Shown piece by piece: positions 27,982-36,757 of a stretch of 53,378 nucleotides of DNA. Position numbers and translations under genes: made by a program. The DNA is from a virus (lineage: Duplodnaviria > Caudoviricetes): positions 1 through 53,378 of the IMG/VR virus record IMGVR_UViG_3300043398_000164. One strand, 5' to 3'. The notes below the pieces were generated by a model that saw only the letters and a program-made list of their open reading frames with translations, ran no database searches and was not told the DNA's origin. Positions within the stretch are counted from its first letter, which is position 1. The number at the start of each line of letters is the position of its first letter.

Positions 27982-28410
27982 ATGAGCGCGACCCGCACTC
28001 CCCAGGGCGTCGAAATCGTCTGGGAACGCTACCTGTTCGACGACGATACGCACCACTGCTGCGTCATCGACTGCGGCTTCAAGAAGTGGGCGCTGTGGTT
28101 CGACGACATCCAAGAACTCGGCGAGATGCTTGCCGAGGCTGTTCGTCACAAGAGCCTGCCGGTGTACGCGGCGGTTGTCGCCCAATCACGAGTGGCTGAA
28201 TGGTTCGGCCGATACGACGCCGAGGAAGCGGCGGCGCAGGAACCTATCGCAGCATCCCCGACATGGAGACCCGCACGGACGCCGGGGGCTGCGCTTTCCG
28301 ACCCGCCGGCGCCGGCGGGGCCGGGGTGGGTTGCGTGCCCGTGGCTGGAGCGTGGGCTGCTGGCGGCGATTGTAGGCGTGTGCCTCGTGACGTGGTGGGC
28401 GCTGCGATGA
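27982..28410 (+). CDS. Hypothetical protein with C-terminal TM helix
   Basis: GGAGG RBS. Confidence 0.65.
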   Translation: MSATRTPQGVEIVWERYLFDDDTHHCCVIDCGFKKWALWFDDIQELGEMLAEAVRHKSLPVYAAVVAQSRVAEWFGRYDAEEAAAQEPIAASPTWRPARTPGAALSDPPAPAGPGWVACPWLERGLLAAIVGVCLVTWWALR

Positions 28411-28706
28411 ACCAACTCGATATGTTCTCCGAAGCGCTGCCGCGACATTGCCAGCCCCTGCACCAGCCCATCGCCACCGGCCCCGCCAAGCAGCGAGCCA
28501 AGTTTGACGGCGACTGCAAGCGGCTGCTGGACGTGCTTAGGCTGCGTCCACTGTTCAACTACGAACTGCCGGAATTTGCTGGCCTGAATGGTCGGGCAAG
28601 GGTCAGCGATTTACGGCGTGCCGGCTACGTCATCGAGAACAAAGCGGTAAAGTCAGACAGGCCCGGCACGACCATGTACACGCTCATTGGCGAGCCCCAG
28701 GAGTAG
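28407..28706 (+). CDS. Winged HTH protein
   Basis: RARVSDLRRAGYVIE pattern; ATGA overlap. Confidence 0.7.
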   Translation: MNQLDMFSEALPRHCQPLHQPIATGPAKQRAKFDGDCKRLLDVLRLRPLFNYELPEFAGLNGRARVSDLRRAGYVIENKAVKSDRPGTTMYTLIGEPQE

Positions 28707-28710
28707 AGCC

Positions 28711-28950
28711 ATGACGAACGCAGAAATTCTCAAGCATCACATCGCCGTCTGCGACGCCGTCTGCATGGATACGTTCACGCAGCACGTTGACTTAGCTCGC
28801 TCGCTGCTCGCGGACCTCAAGCAGCGCGACAAGCTGCTGGAGGCGGCGAAGTCTGTGGTAGCCCAATTCTCGGTTCACCCGTCTGCTCATGCCACATACG
28901 TCGCAATCAACAAGCTCAAGGCCGCACTGTCGGCGGGAGGGGAGGGATGA
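28711..28950 (+). CDS. Hypothetical protein
   Basis: ORF packed in operon. Confidence 0.6.
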   Translation: MTNAEILKHHIAVCDAVCMDTFTQHVDLARSLLADLKQRDKLLEAAKSVVAQFSVHPSAHATYVAINKLKAALSAGGEG

Positions 28951-29162
28951 ACGAAGGCATCGACCTAGAAGTGTTCTGCGGCATCGTGAAGGTGTTCGAG
29001 AAGCGATACCCGAACAAGGCGTGCGGAATGCAATTGAACAACCTCATTCCGATCCTTCGCCAACTCGATGAAATGTTCGCGTCGCTGCCGGAGATGCCGC
29101 CAAAGAAAAGTAGACGCGGCAAACCAAAAGCGGAGGACGCCCCATGCCCGACGACGAACTAG
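28947..29162 (+). CDS. Hypothetical protein
   Basis: GGAGG RBS, ATGA overlap. Confidence 0.6.
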   Translation: MNEGIDLEVFCGIVKVFEKRYPNKACGMQLNNLIPILRQLDEMFASLPEMPPKKSRRGKPKAEDAPCPTTN

Positions 29163-29359
29163 ACGCTTGGGGCGACCCCATCCCCGACGACGAGGGCTAC
29201 GAGGACGGAGACTGGGGGCTGTGCGAACGCTGCGGCACGAAGCTCCACAGCCACGAAGCTGCCGGTGGAATCTGCGGCAACTGCGCCATCGACATGATGG
29301 ACTTGGAGGACGAATGAACCACCGCCGCGACGACTTACGCGAAGATTTCGAGGACTGAC

Positions 29360-29584
29360 ATGAACGCGAACCTAGCCAAGATTAAAGCCGCCACCGAGCC
29401 CGCACGCTTTGTCAACGCGGCGGTGCTGTCGCCCACGGACCCGGACATGGATTGCAGCAAGGAAGCCGAAGAGGCGTTGAAGCGTGAGCGATACAGGCTC
29501 GTGTGCGGAGACTTGCGACCGCGGGAAGTGAAACGGGCTTTACGTTGCGAGATGGCGATTAGGAACATTAGGGCACGGCGCTAG
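29360..29584 (+). CDS. Hypothetical protein
   Basis: GAGGA RBS. Confidence 0.6.
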   Translation: MNANLAKIKAATEPARFVNAAVLSPTDPDMDCSKEAEEALKRERYRLVCGDLRPREVKRALRCEMAIRNIRARR

Positions 29585-29600
29585 GGCACGGCGCTAGGGA
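29569..29600. repeat. 13-bp tandem repeat TAGGGCACGGCGC x2 plus a partial copy
   Basis: Read directly; upstream of the replication gene. Confidence 0.7.
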
Positions 29601-29663
29601 CACCAGCCCGAGCACCGGCTGGCGGCGCTGTGCGGCCTCAACTAGCACGACGGAGCGATTGGC

Positions 29664-30509
29664 ATGAAGCGGGAGACTCTACGGCATCCCAAGACTTTCG
29701 ACCTCGCCTCGAGGCTAGGGATAGACCGTGCTCGAGCACTGGGCATTCTGACGCTGCTGTGGGACTGGACGACCGAAGTGGCTGTGCAGGGCGATATTGG
29801 TAAATGGTCCAACGGGTCGATAGCTCGAGCTTGCGAATGGACAGATGACCCAGATGCATTTGTAGCCGCTCTAGTCGGAGCTGTATGGCTCGATGAGGAC
29901 GAGATGCATCGCCTGATAATCCACGACTGGCCCGACCATTGCGAGCGTTGGGTTCGCAGCAAACTGAAGTCAATGAAGCTCGAGTTTTTGCCCTGCTACG
30001 GAGATGTACCTAAGTCTGCATCGGGAGATGCATCTCGGGATGTATCCGCCGATCCCCCGCACGACCGAACCGAACCGAACCTACCCGAACCAAACCGAAC
30101 CGAACGGACGGCGGATCGGTCGGACGTTCGGCCGGCCGAGATTTGCTTGGAGCCTGGAGGGGACCGGATCGTTCTTGGCTCAACCCGTTGGCGTGAATCG
30201 GCACCGACTCGAGAGCGAATTGCTCGAGTCGTTAGCGGCGACCCCGGCATCACCGCAAAAAAACTCCGGCCGGCCGACCTCGAGCTGTGCATCCGGGCGG
30301 CGGCTGTTGCCCACTACGCATTTGACCTCGAGTGGCTGGGTAAGATTCTCTCGAGTATGCAGGCCCGCAGAACTCCGCTCGAGAACCGGTGGGCGTTTTT
30401 CCGAACTGCCCTCATCGAATCTGCCAAACGAATGGGGCGAGATTACCACGCAGCCGAGGACTCGGTGGTGATTCCCTCGAGGCAGCTTTCCGCGGAGGCG
30501 ACCACATGA
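29664..30509 (+). CDS. Putative replication initiator protein
   Basis: HPK..LA..LG..A.G.L..LW.W...IHDW.DH N-terminal domain; low-complexity linker with CCGAA repeats (30065-30105). Confidence 0.7.
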   Translation: MKRETLRHPKTFDLASRLGIDRARALGILTLLWDWTTEVAVQGDIGKWSNGSIARACEWTDDPDAFVAALVGAVWLDEDEMHRLIIHDWPDHCERWVRSKLKSMKLEFLPCYGDVPKSASGDASRDVSADPPHDRTEPNLPEPNRTERTADRSDVRPAEICLEPGGDRIVLGSTRWRESAPTRERIARVVSGDPGITAKKLRPADLELCIRAAAVAHYAFDLEWLGKILSSMQARRTPLENRWAFFRTALIESAKRMGRDYHAAEDSVVIPSRQLSAEATT

Positions 30510-31047
30510 GAACTCCCACTGGATGCGCGCGATTTTGTTTTTCACACCCCAGAAGGCGGCGGTGGAGGGCAGATGGGCGTTATCGTCCGAGCCTGAGCGC
30601 ATCGACCCCACGAGGGGGCCGACGCGGCAAGATGGGAAAGTGCGTCACCGCCCTTCGCCCTCGCTACCGCCCAGCACTTAATTTTTCGTCGCTGCTGGAT
30701 TTCACCCACGACGCCAGCGCCCATGTACCCGCCGCCGTTCGTCGTCACCTTGCGCCGGGGGCTACTGGTTGGTTGACGATTCTTGCGGGCTGTGCTTTCG
30801 CCTCGGCCGCTTCGGCGATCGTCGTGGTTGCCGTTGGCTTCGATGCCATCCAGGCGCAAGAAAAGCCGCCTGGCTTGCTCTGCTGGACTGACGCCCAACG
30901 CCAGGCGGCTTTGATTCGTGGCCGCAATTTGAGATGGACAGTCAGCGTAGCAGAGCATCCTAATTGTACGCGAGAGGAGGAAATCGGACAACCCGCTGGC
31001 CATCCTTCCGCCGCTAGTTTGACCGCCCCCACCCAAGGACGCGAGCC

Positions 31048-31422
31048 GTGAACTACGCCATCCGACTCGACTACCCGCCGACCGTTAACACCTACTATCG
31101 AAGTGGGCCAAAGGGGATGTACCTCTCCAAGTCGGGGCGTGAGTTCAAAGAGTTCGTCAAACTGACATGCGAAGTGCAGGTTGAAATGGTTCCGCTCAAG
31201 GGCCGCATCGGCGTGCAGATTGAACTCGCGTCGCCCAATCAGACGCGCAACACGGACATCGACAATCGCGTTAAGGCGGTGCTCGATTCGCTGGAGGGCA
31301 TCGCATTCGAGAACGACCGGCAGGTTGACGAGTTGATTGTGCGTCGCCTGCCAGTGGACGTTGGCGGCGACGGATTCGCGGACGTGATCATTTCCGAACT
31401 AGGAGGCGCGAGCGATGGCTGA
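31048..31422 (+). CDS. rusA: RusA-family Holliday junction resolvase
   Basis: YPPTVNTYYR, DIDNRVKAVLDSL, FENDRQVD. Confidence 0.92.
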   Translation: MNYAIRLDYPPTVNTYYRSGPKGMYLSKSGREFKEFVKLTCEVQVEMVPLKGRIGVQIELASPNQTRNTDIDNRVKAVLDSLEGIAFENDRQVDELIVRRLPVDVGGDGFADVIISELGGASDG

Positions 31423-31699
31423 GAACTGCCCGAAGTGCGGCGGCGAATTTGAGTACACGGCATTTCAGTACGAGCGCAGGTGTTCTAACGGGAGCTTGTT
31501 CACGGCAAGACAGGGCGGCGGCTGGGACTTGTGCGCGCAGTCTATCGGCTGCAAGCAAGCAACGGAGGTCCGCGAACTCAAACGCACCCTCGCCGCAGTG
31601 ACGGCCGAGCGCGACGCACTGCGGGAAGAGAACGTCGCGTTAGTTGGGCGCTGTCACCACATGACCATCAACCGCCAGGAGCCGCCCGATGCCCTATAG
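31415..31699 (+). CDS. Zn-ribbon/coiled-coil hypothetical protein
   Basis: CPKCG; AVTAERD motif shared with the next gene. Confidence 0.65.
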   Translation: MAENCPKCGGEFEYTAFQYERRCSNGSLFTARQGGGWDLCAQSIGCKQATEVRELKRTLAAVTAERDALREENVALVGRCHHMTINRQEPPDAL

Positions 31700-31892
31700 A
31701 GACGATCTCTACGACGAGTGGTGCCAGCAGCGTTACAAAATCCGCGACCTCACCGACCAACTCGCCGCAGTCACCGCCGAGCGCGACAAGCTGCGGGCGG
31801 CGGTGAAGGAAGTTCTCCCGACGCTCAACTGCAAGATGTTCGAGCAACTTCACGACAGGCTATCAGCCGCTCTCTCGCAGGGAGGGGCGTGA
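31689..31892 (+). CDS. Coiled-coil hypothetical protein
   Basis: AGGAG RBS; LAAVTAERD motif. Confidence 0.65.
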   Translation: MPYRDDLYDEWCQQRYKIRDLTDQLAAVTAERDKLRAAVKEVLPTLNCKMFEQLHDRLSAALSQGGA

Positions 31893-31912
31893 TGGCAAAC
31901 CAAGGAGTCACC

Positions 31913-32407
31913 ATGACCACCGAACCAACGACCGCCGACAAGTACCTGATACTGGCGTCTGAAATGATGGAAGAGTTGAATTGGAACTACGACGGGATTC
32001 CAGAACTTGGGGATGCCATGCGGAAGCGAAAGATACTCGACACCCCCGCCGTCACGCCAGCGGAGTGCGCCGGTTGGCGTGCTGTTCCAACTGGCTACGA
32101 AGGCTCATCCATTCCCGTACCCGCTCCCACGTCAGCGGAGTGCGAGCGACTGAGGGAAGAGATAGACCGTCAGGCAAAATCACTCAAGGGCTACACCGCT
32201 CGCATCGCCGCGCTGGAAGCTGAGTTGAGGGAGGCGAAGCCAAAAGCAGAAGCGGCACAGAAGCTCATGGACATGCTCAATGAGAAAAGTTTGTTCTTCA
32301 AGACTCCGTACAGCGAAGTGCAAAAGGGAGCACTGGAGACGTTTTTGGCAATCCGCGACCGCTTACGAGAGTTGCTCGCCACCACTGCGAAGGAGGCCGC
32401 CGAGTGA
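31913..32407 (+). CDS. Coiled-coil hypothetical protein
   Basis: AAGGAG RBS. Confidence 0.65.
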   Translation: MTTEPTTADKYLILASEMMEELNWNYDGIPELGDAMRKRKILDTPAVTPAECAGWRAVPTGYEGSSIPVPAPTSAECERLREEIDRQAKSLKGYTARIAALEAELREAKPKAEAAQKLMDMLNEKSLFFKTPYSEVQKGALETFLAIRDRLRELLATTAKEAAE

Positions 32408-32904
32408 GCGTCACGGTGTTGATCACGGGTTACAAGCAGCCCGCGCGAATCTCAAATGGGATGCGCAAGATTCGCAACGGCATCCTAGCCAAGCAGCCGG
32501 ACGCCGACGTGCGCGTGTACAGTTACAAGCAATTCGAGGACAAGTCGTTTGCGTACCACCTTGCCACGGAGCTTGCCGCAACAGGCGACCCGATTGTGGG
32601 AGCGGCGCATTCGTGGGGATCGTGGGCATGGTGTAAACTGGCTGATGTACTCCCCTTTCAGTCAGTGGCTAACCTGTTCCTCGCGGACCCGGTTTCGCGC
32701 CCGCCCGGCGGCACGCTGGAGATTCCCGGCGCCGTCTGTCGGCTGCACACATGGCGTAAGAAATCGGGTTTGATTCCCACCGCCGTACTGTCGCTCGACG
32801 AGGGCGTGGAACACGAGACGGACGCGGTGGTGGACGTGAGCCATCCGAAAGTTGACGACGACGCGAACTTTATTGCGGCGGTTGTTTACGCCGCCACAAC
32901 GTAA
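32404..32904 (+). CDS. Minimal alpha/beta-hydrolase-fold protein
   Basis: Nucleophile elbow AHSWG, LFLADPV, late His (VSHPKVD). Confidence 0.65.
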   Translation: MSVTVLITGYKQPARISNGMRKIRNGILAKQPDADVRVYSYKQFEDKSFAYHLATELAATGDPIVGAAHSWGSWAWCKLADVLPFQSVANLFLADPVSRPPGGTLEIPGAVCRLHTWRKKSGLIPTAVLSLDEGVEHETDAVVDVSHPKVDDDANFIAAVVYAATT

Positions 32905-32920
32905 GTGGGATGCGTGGACG

Positions 32921-33256
32921 ATGACTAAGATTGCCTCAAGTACAAGGCGTGCCATCCTCGCTAAACGCCGCTTCGGATTCAGACCGTCCGCCATCGCCAA
33001 GGAACTCAAGGTTGACGATTCGGTCGTGCGCCACGTACTATCCAGCGACACAAGGCAACGCGACAACGCCTTTCTGGTCGTTCACCGAAAGGCATATCGA
33101 ACGCGCAAACCTCGGGCAGATAGAGAAGCAAGCGAAATCGACTGGCAGCACATCGAACGCCTCATTGCCCTGCACCAAGGTATCGGAGATTTTTTGCGGC
33201 GCGATTTGTTGGTTGGTATTCGTGAATTGAAGCGGCTTTCACAAGGACAATTGTAG
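32921..33256 (+). CDS. HTH protein
   Basis: PSAIAKELKVDDSVVRHVL. Confidence 0.65.
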   Translation: MTKIASSTRRAILAKRRFGFRPSAIAKELKVDDSVVRHVLSSDTRQRDNAFLVVHRKAYRTRKPRADREASEIDWQHIERLIALHQGIGDFLRRDLLVGIRELKRLSQGQL

Positions 33257-33264
33257 AGGAACGC

Positions 33265-33615
33265 ATGAACTCCTACCGCGAAAGACTACTGGACGCGCTG
33301 AAATTGAATCAGTACAGCACCGCGAAAACCGCCGCCACGTTGGGCATCAGCAGTCAAGCGTGTAGGGATGCGAAGAAACGCTTGCGAGCCGCCGGCTACC
33401 ATGTCCCCAAAGACCCGGACCTCGGTTGCCCGTGCGGCCATCAAACCAACATCGACCCGACGCCGGAAGAAATCGCGGCGATGTGCGAGCAGTTCCGCGA
33501 GTCGTGGAATGAAGAGCGGAAGCGGCGTTACGAAGGGCCGCCGGCGGTTGTGTTGCACGCGCACACCACGGGCAGGATGGGGCGGGAGAGAATCTACTCA
33601 GTGAGGCAAGCATGA
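33265..33615 (+). CDS. Fis-like HTH protein
   Basis: LLDALKLNQYSTAKTAATLGIS; DPTPEEIAAMC motif. Confidence 0.7.
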   Translation: MNSYRERLLDALKLNQYSTAKTAATLGISSQACRDAKKRLRAAGYHVPKDPDLGCPCGHQTNIDPTPEEIAAMCEQFRESWNEERKRRYEGPPAVVLHAHTTGRMGRERIYSVRQA

Positions 33616-34346
33616 CGTTCGGGAGCTTGTTCGCCGGTATTGGTGGCTTCGACTTAGGACTTGAGCGAGCCGGCATGGAGTGCAAGTGGCAGGTTGAGAT
33701 TGACCCGTATTGCCAGCGCGTGCTGGCGAAGCATTGGCCGAACGTGAGGCGCCACGATGACGTTAGAACCTTCCCCCCCACCGATGCCGACGACTGGCGA
33801 GTTGACGTTATCTGCGGAGGGTTCCCGTGCCAGGGAATCTCTCGTGCCAACCACGCAGCTGCTGGCCTGGAAGATGCGCGCTCCGGTCTTTGGGTGGAGT
33901 TTGCCAGGGTGGTTCGCTTTATTCGACCACGCTACGTCGTCGTTGAGAACACGACAGAGATTACTTATCGAGGACTCACAAAGGTGCTTGGAGACCTTGC
34001 CGCTTGCGGGTTCGATGCAGAGTGGGCGCCTGTATCAGCCTCTCAGTTGGGAGCGCCCCATACACGGCAACGAATCTTCGTTGTGGCCTACGCCAACGGC
34101 AAGCCAGGACCACAAGATGATTCGCCAGCAATGCCCGAGCGAGCGCGATGGCCTCCACGGAACGATGCTTGTTGCGTCAGTTGGAACGGCCGCCCCTCAG
34201 TTCATCGGATGGTATCTGAATCCGACGTTCTGCGAGTGGCTAATGGGGTTCCCTCAAGGACACACCGACTGCGAGGACTCGGCAACGCCGTCGTTCCCCA
34301 AGTCGCCGAGTGGATCGGACGGAGATTGATGGAGGCTACGGCATGA
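33612..34346 (+). CDS. DNA (cytosine-5) methyltransferase, main polypeptide
   Basis: Motif I SLFAGIGG, IV GGFPCQ, VI VENT, VIII HTRQRIF, X GNAVVPQV; no motif IX in this frame. Confidence 0.92.
   Translation: MTFGSLFAGIGGFDLGLERAGMECKWQVEIDPYCQRVLAKHWPNVRRHDDVRTFPPTDADDWRVDVICGGFPCQGISRANHAAAGLEDARSGLWVEFARVVRFIRPRYVVVENTTEITYRGLTKVLGDLAACGFDAEWAPVSASQLGAPHTRQRIFVVAYANGKPGPQDDSPAMPERARWPPRNDACCVSWNGRPSVHRMVSESDVLRVANGVPSRTHRLRGLGNAVVPQVAEWIGRRLMEATA
33757..34329 (+). CDS. Overlapping-frame ORF, putative methyltransferase beta polypeptide carrying motif IX
   Basis: LWPTPTAS...YLNPTFCEWLMGFPQGHT resembles motif IX; start codon uncertain. Confidence 0.6.
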   Translation: MTLEPSPPPMPTTGELTLSAEGSRARESLVPTTQLLAWKMRAPVFGWSLPGWFALFDHATSSLRTRQRLLIEDSQRCLETLPLAGSMQSGRLYQPLSWERPIHGNESSLWPTPTASQDHKMIRQQCPSERDGLHGTMLVASVGTAAPQFIGWYLNPTFCEWLMGFPQGHTDCEDSATPSFPKSPSGSDGD

Positions 34347-34633
34347 GCGACCCCGCCGACCGCCCGCACTGCGTCGTGGAAGTCAGCGGCGACTACGAGA
34401 AACGCGAATTCGATGACGGTGGCGTGGGCTGGTATCTCAGGGACGTTCAACCGCAGCAGGAGGCTTCATGCCCGACCACCAAGCCGGAGTGACCGTCCAC
34501 GTCCCGCAGGGCGAGTTCCTGCTGTGCCCGGAGCGGAGCTTGGCCCGCTACCTGTTCACACAGCGGGGGCGGGATTACTACCGCGTCCAGAAGGTTGGCA
34601 AGAGCGTCAAAAGCCGAGTCAAGCGGCGTAGGT

Positions 34634-34663
34634 TTGACGAACGCGGGAATCGACACGTACAAT
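34634..34663 (+). promoter_or_regulatory. Sigma70-type promoter (putative late promoter)
   Basis: TTGACG-18 nt-TACAAT. Confidence 0.65.
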
Positions 34664-34812
34664 GACCGCGTGATGAATCGCGGCCAGCGTCGCGTTCCTG
34701 AAACCCCCGATTATGTCAGGGCTCTGGCTTTGGTCCAGGTCTGCTACGGCAGCTAGGGGGCGTTGGCGCTGGCTCTTTACAACTTAAACGTCCGGCAGGA
34801 CTGCCGCCGCAT

Positions 34813-34852
34813 AGGCGAGATGAACTCTACGGAGTTTGTCTCGCCTTTTTTT
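34813..34852 (+). terminator. Intrinsic terminator
   Basis: AGGCGAGATGAACTC-TACG-GAGTTTGTCTCGCCT followed by a T run. Confidence 0.85.
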
Positions 34853-34914
34853 CGTTGGCACTCATGCCCAAGCATTTTCACATTCACGTCCACATTCCCG
34901 GACTGGAGACAATC

Positions 34915-35136
34915 ATGGCCGCGCTCGACGACTTGAACGCCAAACTCTCCGCGATCCAAACCAACCTCACCGAGCAGGCTGATGAAGTGGCCCGCATCGG
35001 CACGCTCATCGCAGACATCCGCACGCAGCTTGAGGGCGGGCTGTCGGCCGAACAAGCGGCGACGCTCGGCGCCAGCCTCGACGAGTTGGTGACGCGCACG
35101 CAGACGGTTGAGGATTCGCTGCGTTCCACAACCTAA
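34915..35136 (+). CDS. Coiled-coil protein
   Basis: GGAG RBS before MAALDDLNAKL. Confidence 0.7.
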   Translation: MAALDDLNAKLSAIQTNLTEQADEVARIGTLIADIRTQLEGGLSAEQAATLGASLDELVTRTQTVEDSLRSTT

Positions 35137-35148
35137 CCCCGAGGCACG

Positions 35149-35398
35149 CATGGCGAAGCAGACATTCACGTCCGCCGAAGAAAAAGAAGCGGTCAAGCGC
35201 ATCCGCGCCAAGCTCTCGAAACGCAACCTCAAGAAGTTCGACGCGCTATCGAGCGAGGAACAAGAGGAAGTCGCCGGCAAGTTTCTCGCCAAGTTCGGCA
35301 AGCGCAACAAGGTGGGCGCGATTGACTGGGAAGCCTTCACCAAGTTTCTCGTGACGATTCTGAATCTGCTGCTGCCGCTGTTCATGAAGAAAAGCTGA
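35149..35398 (+). CDS. Small basic protein with C-terminal amphipathic/TM helix
   Basis: GAGG RBS; IDWEAFTKFLVTILNLLLPLF. Confidence 0.7.
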
Positions 35399-35479
35399 CC
35401 CTCCGCGGGCCGTGCTGATTGCGACGCCTCCCCTCTCTCGGAATCTCGCGGCCCGCATTTCAATCAAGGAACCCGCCCG

Positions 35480-35752
35480 ATGAAAGCCGTACTCGCCGCC
35501 CTTGATTACGCCATCGCGGAAATCGAAGCCATCCTGGCTCAAGCGGAAGCCATCGGCTCGCAGGTCGATGCGTTCGTCCGCGAGAAGCTCGACAACCTCA
35601 AGGCCCTGCGCGAGCGGCTCACGATGACGTTCGGCGCCAGCCCGGATGCCGCTGCGGCGTGCCCGGTGTACTCGACGCTGAGCACGGCACGGCAAGAGAA
35701 GGCGGCAGACCTTGCGGATGTGTTGCGGGAACTTTGCAGCACCGCGGAGTAA
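35480..35752 (+). CDS. Helical hypothetical protein
   Basis: AAGGA RBS. Confidence 0.7.
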   Translation: MKAVLAALDYAIAEIEAILAQAEAIGSQVDAFVREKLDNLKALRERLTMTFGASPDAAAACPVYSTLSTARQEKAADLADVLRELCSTAE

Positions 35753-35755
35753 TCC

Positions 35756-36757
35756 ATGTCTGACCGCCGAGCGATCCACACCGCCGCCGGAATCTATCTC
35801 GCCCTGTGGCTGGCGGGCATCGCCGGCGTGTCGGCCATCGTACCGTGCGACGCGACCAACTCGGTGCTCGCCCAAGAGCCAGCACCCGAGCCGCAGCCCG
35901 CGCCGGAAATCACCGCCGAGATTGTGGCGCCAGAAGTTGCCGAGCCGGGCACGTTCGTGCCGATCAGCCTCAAGACCAACGGCAGCAAGGTCAACGTCCG
36001 GTGGCTGTTCGACGGCAAGGCGGACCCCGCGCACTTCCGCCCAGTCAACGGCCGCTCAGCCGTCGTGACGGCGCTCGCCGGCCAGCACACCGTGGCCATC
36101 TTCGGAGTGATTGACGAGACGCCGGTGCTGGTTCAGCAGACGGTGAAGTTTGGCGAGCCGGATCCGCCGACGCCGCCCACGCCGATTTCGCAGCTTGTGA
36201 CCGGCGAGACGGCCACGAAGCTCGCGGTGCTGTACCGGGCGATGGCCACGCTATTGCCGCCCGGCGACTTCTGGACTGAGCACAACGCGGCCGTGGCTGG
36301 CCAGGGCATCGTGCTAAGCGACGACGCCGTGAAAGAACTTCATCGACGTCTAGGCCCCGTGGTGAGCGATCCGGCGAAGCTGGCGACCGAACTAGTCAAG
36401 ATCGCGGATGAGTTGGCGAAGTCGCCCAGCCCAACCCCAGGTCCGGCGCCAATCCCGGTTGCTGGATTGCACGTCCTCATCATCGAAGAAACCGACGACC
36501 GCAACAAGATCCCACAGGGGCAACTTGCCGCACTGCAATCCACGCTCATCCCCGCCGAGGTGAAGGCGAAGGGCGGGCAGTTCCGCCAGTACGACGACGA
36601 CCCGCCAATCGCTGACCCGCTGTGGTCGGCGGCCCGCTCCCGCCCGCGGACTTCGCTGCCGTGGATCATTGTCAGCAACGGCACGGGCGGATTCGAGGGA
36701 CCGCTGCCGGCTTCGATTGACGACACGTTGGCACTGATTCGGAGGTTTGAGCAATGA
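35756..36757 (+). CDS. Exported/membrane-anchored multidomain protein with possible thioredoxin-like C-terminal domain
   Basis: N-terminal hydrophobic helix, Pro linkers, VLIIEET...SLPWIIVSNG..FEGPLP. Confidence 0.65.
   Translation: MSDRRAIHTAAGIYLALWLAGIAGVSAIVPCDATNSVLAQEPAPEPQPAPEITAEIVAPEVAEPGTFVPISLKTNGSKVNVRWLFDGKADPAHFRPVNGRSAVVTALAGQHTVAIFGVIDETPVLVQQTVKFGEPDPPTPPTPISQLVTGETATKLAVLYRAMATLLPPGDFWTEHNAAVAGQGIVLSDDAVKELHRRLGPVVSDPAKLATELVKIADELAKSPSPTPGPAPIPVAGLHVLIIEETDDRNKIPQGQLAALQSTLIPAEVKAKGGQFRQYDDDPPIADPLWSAARSRPRTSLPWIIVSNGTGGFEGPLPASIDDTLALIRRFEQ

Noticed and set aside
30506-31051. Confident CDS between the replication gene and RusA
   Set aside because: An open frame exists but the product has no recognisable features and the start is unclear.
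34682-34774. c-di-GMP-I riboswitch
   Set aside because: Only a loose resemblance at GGTCT...ACGGCAGC; the GNRA-capped P2 and GCAAA elements are missing.
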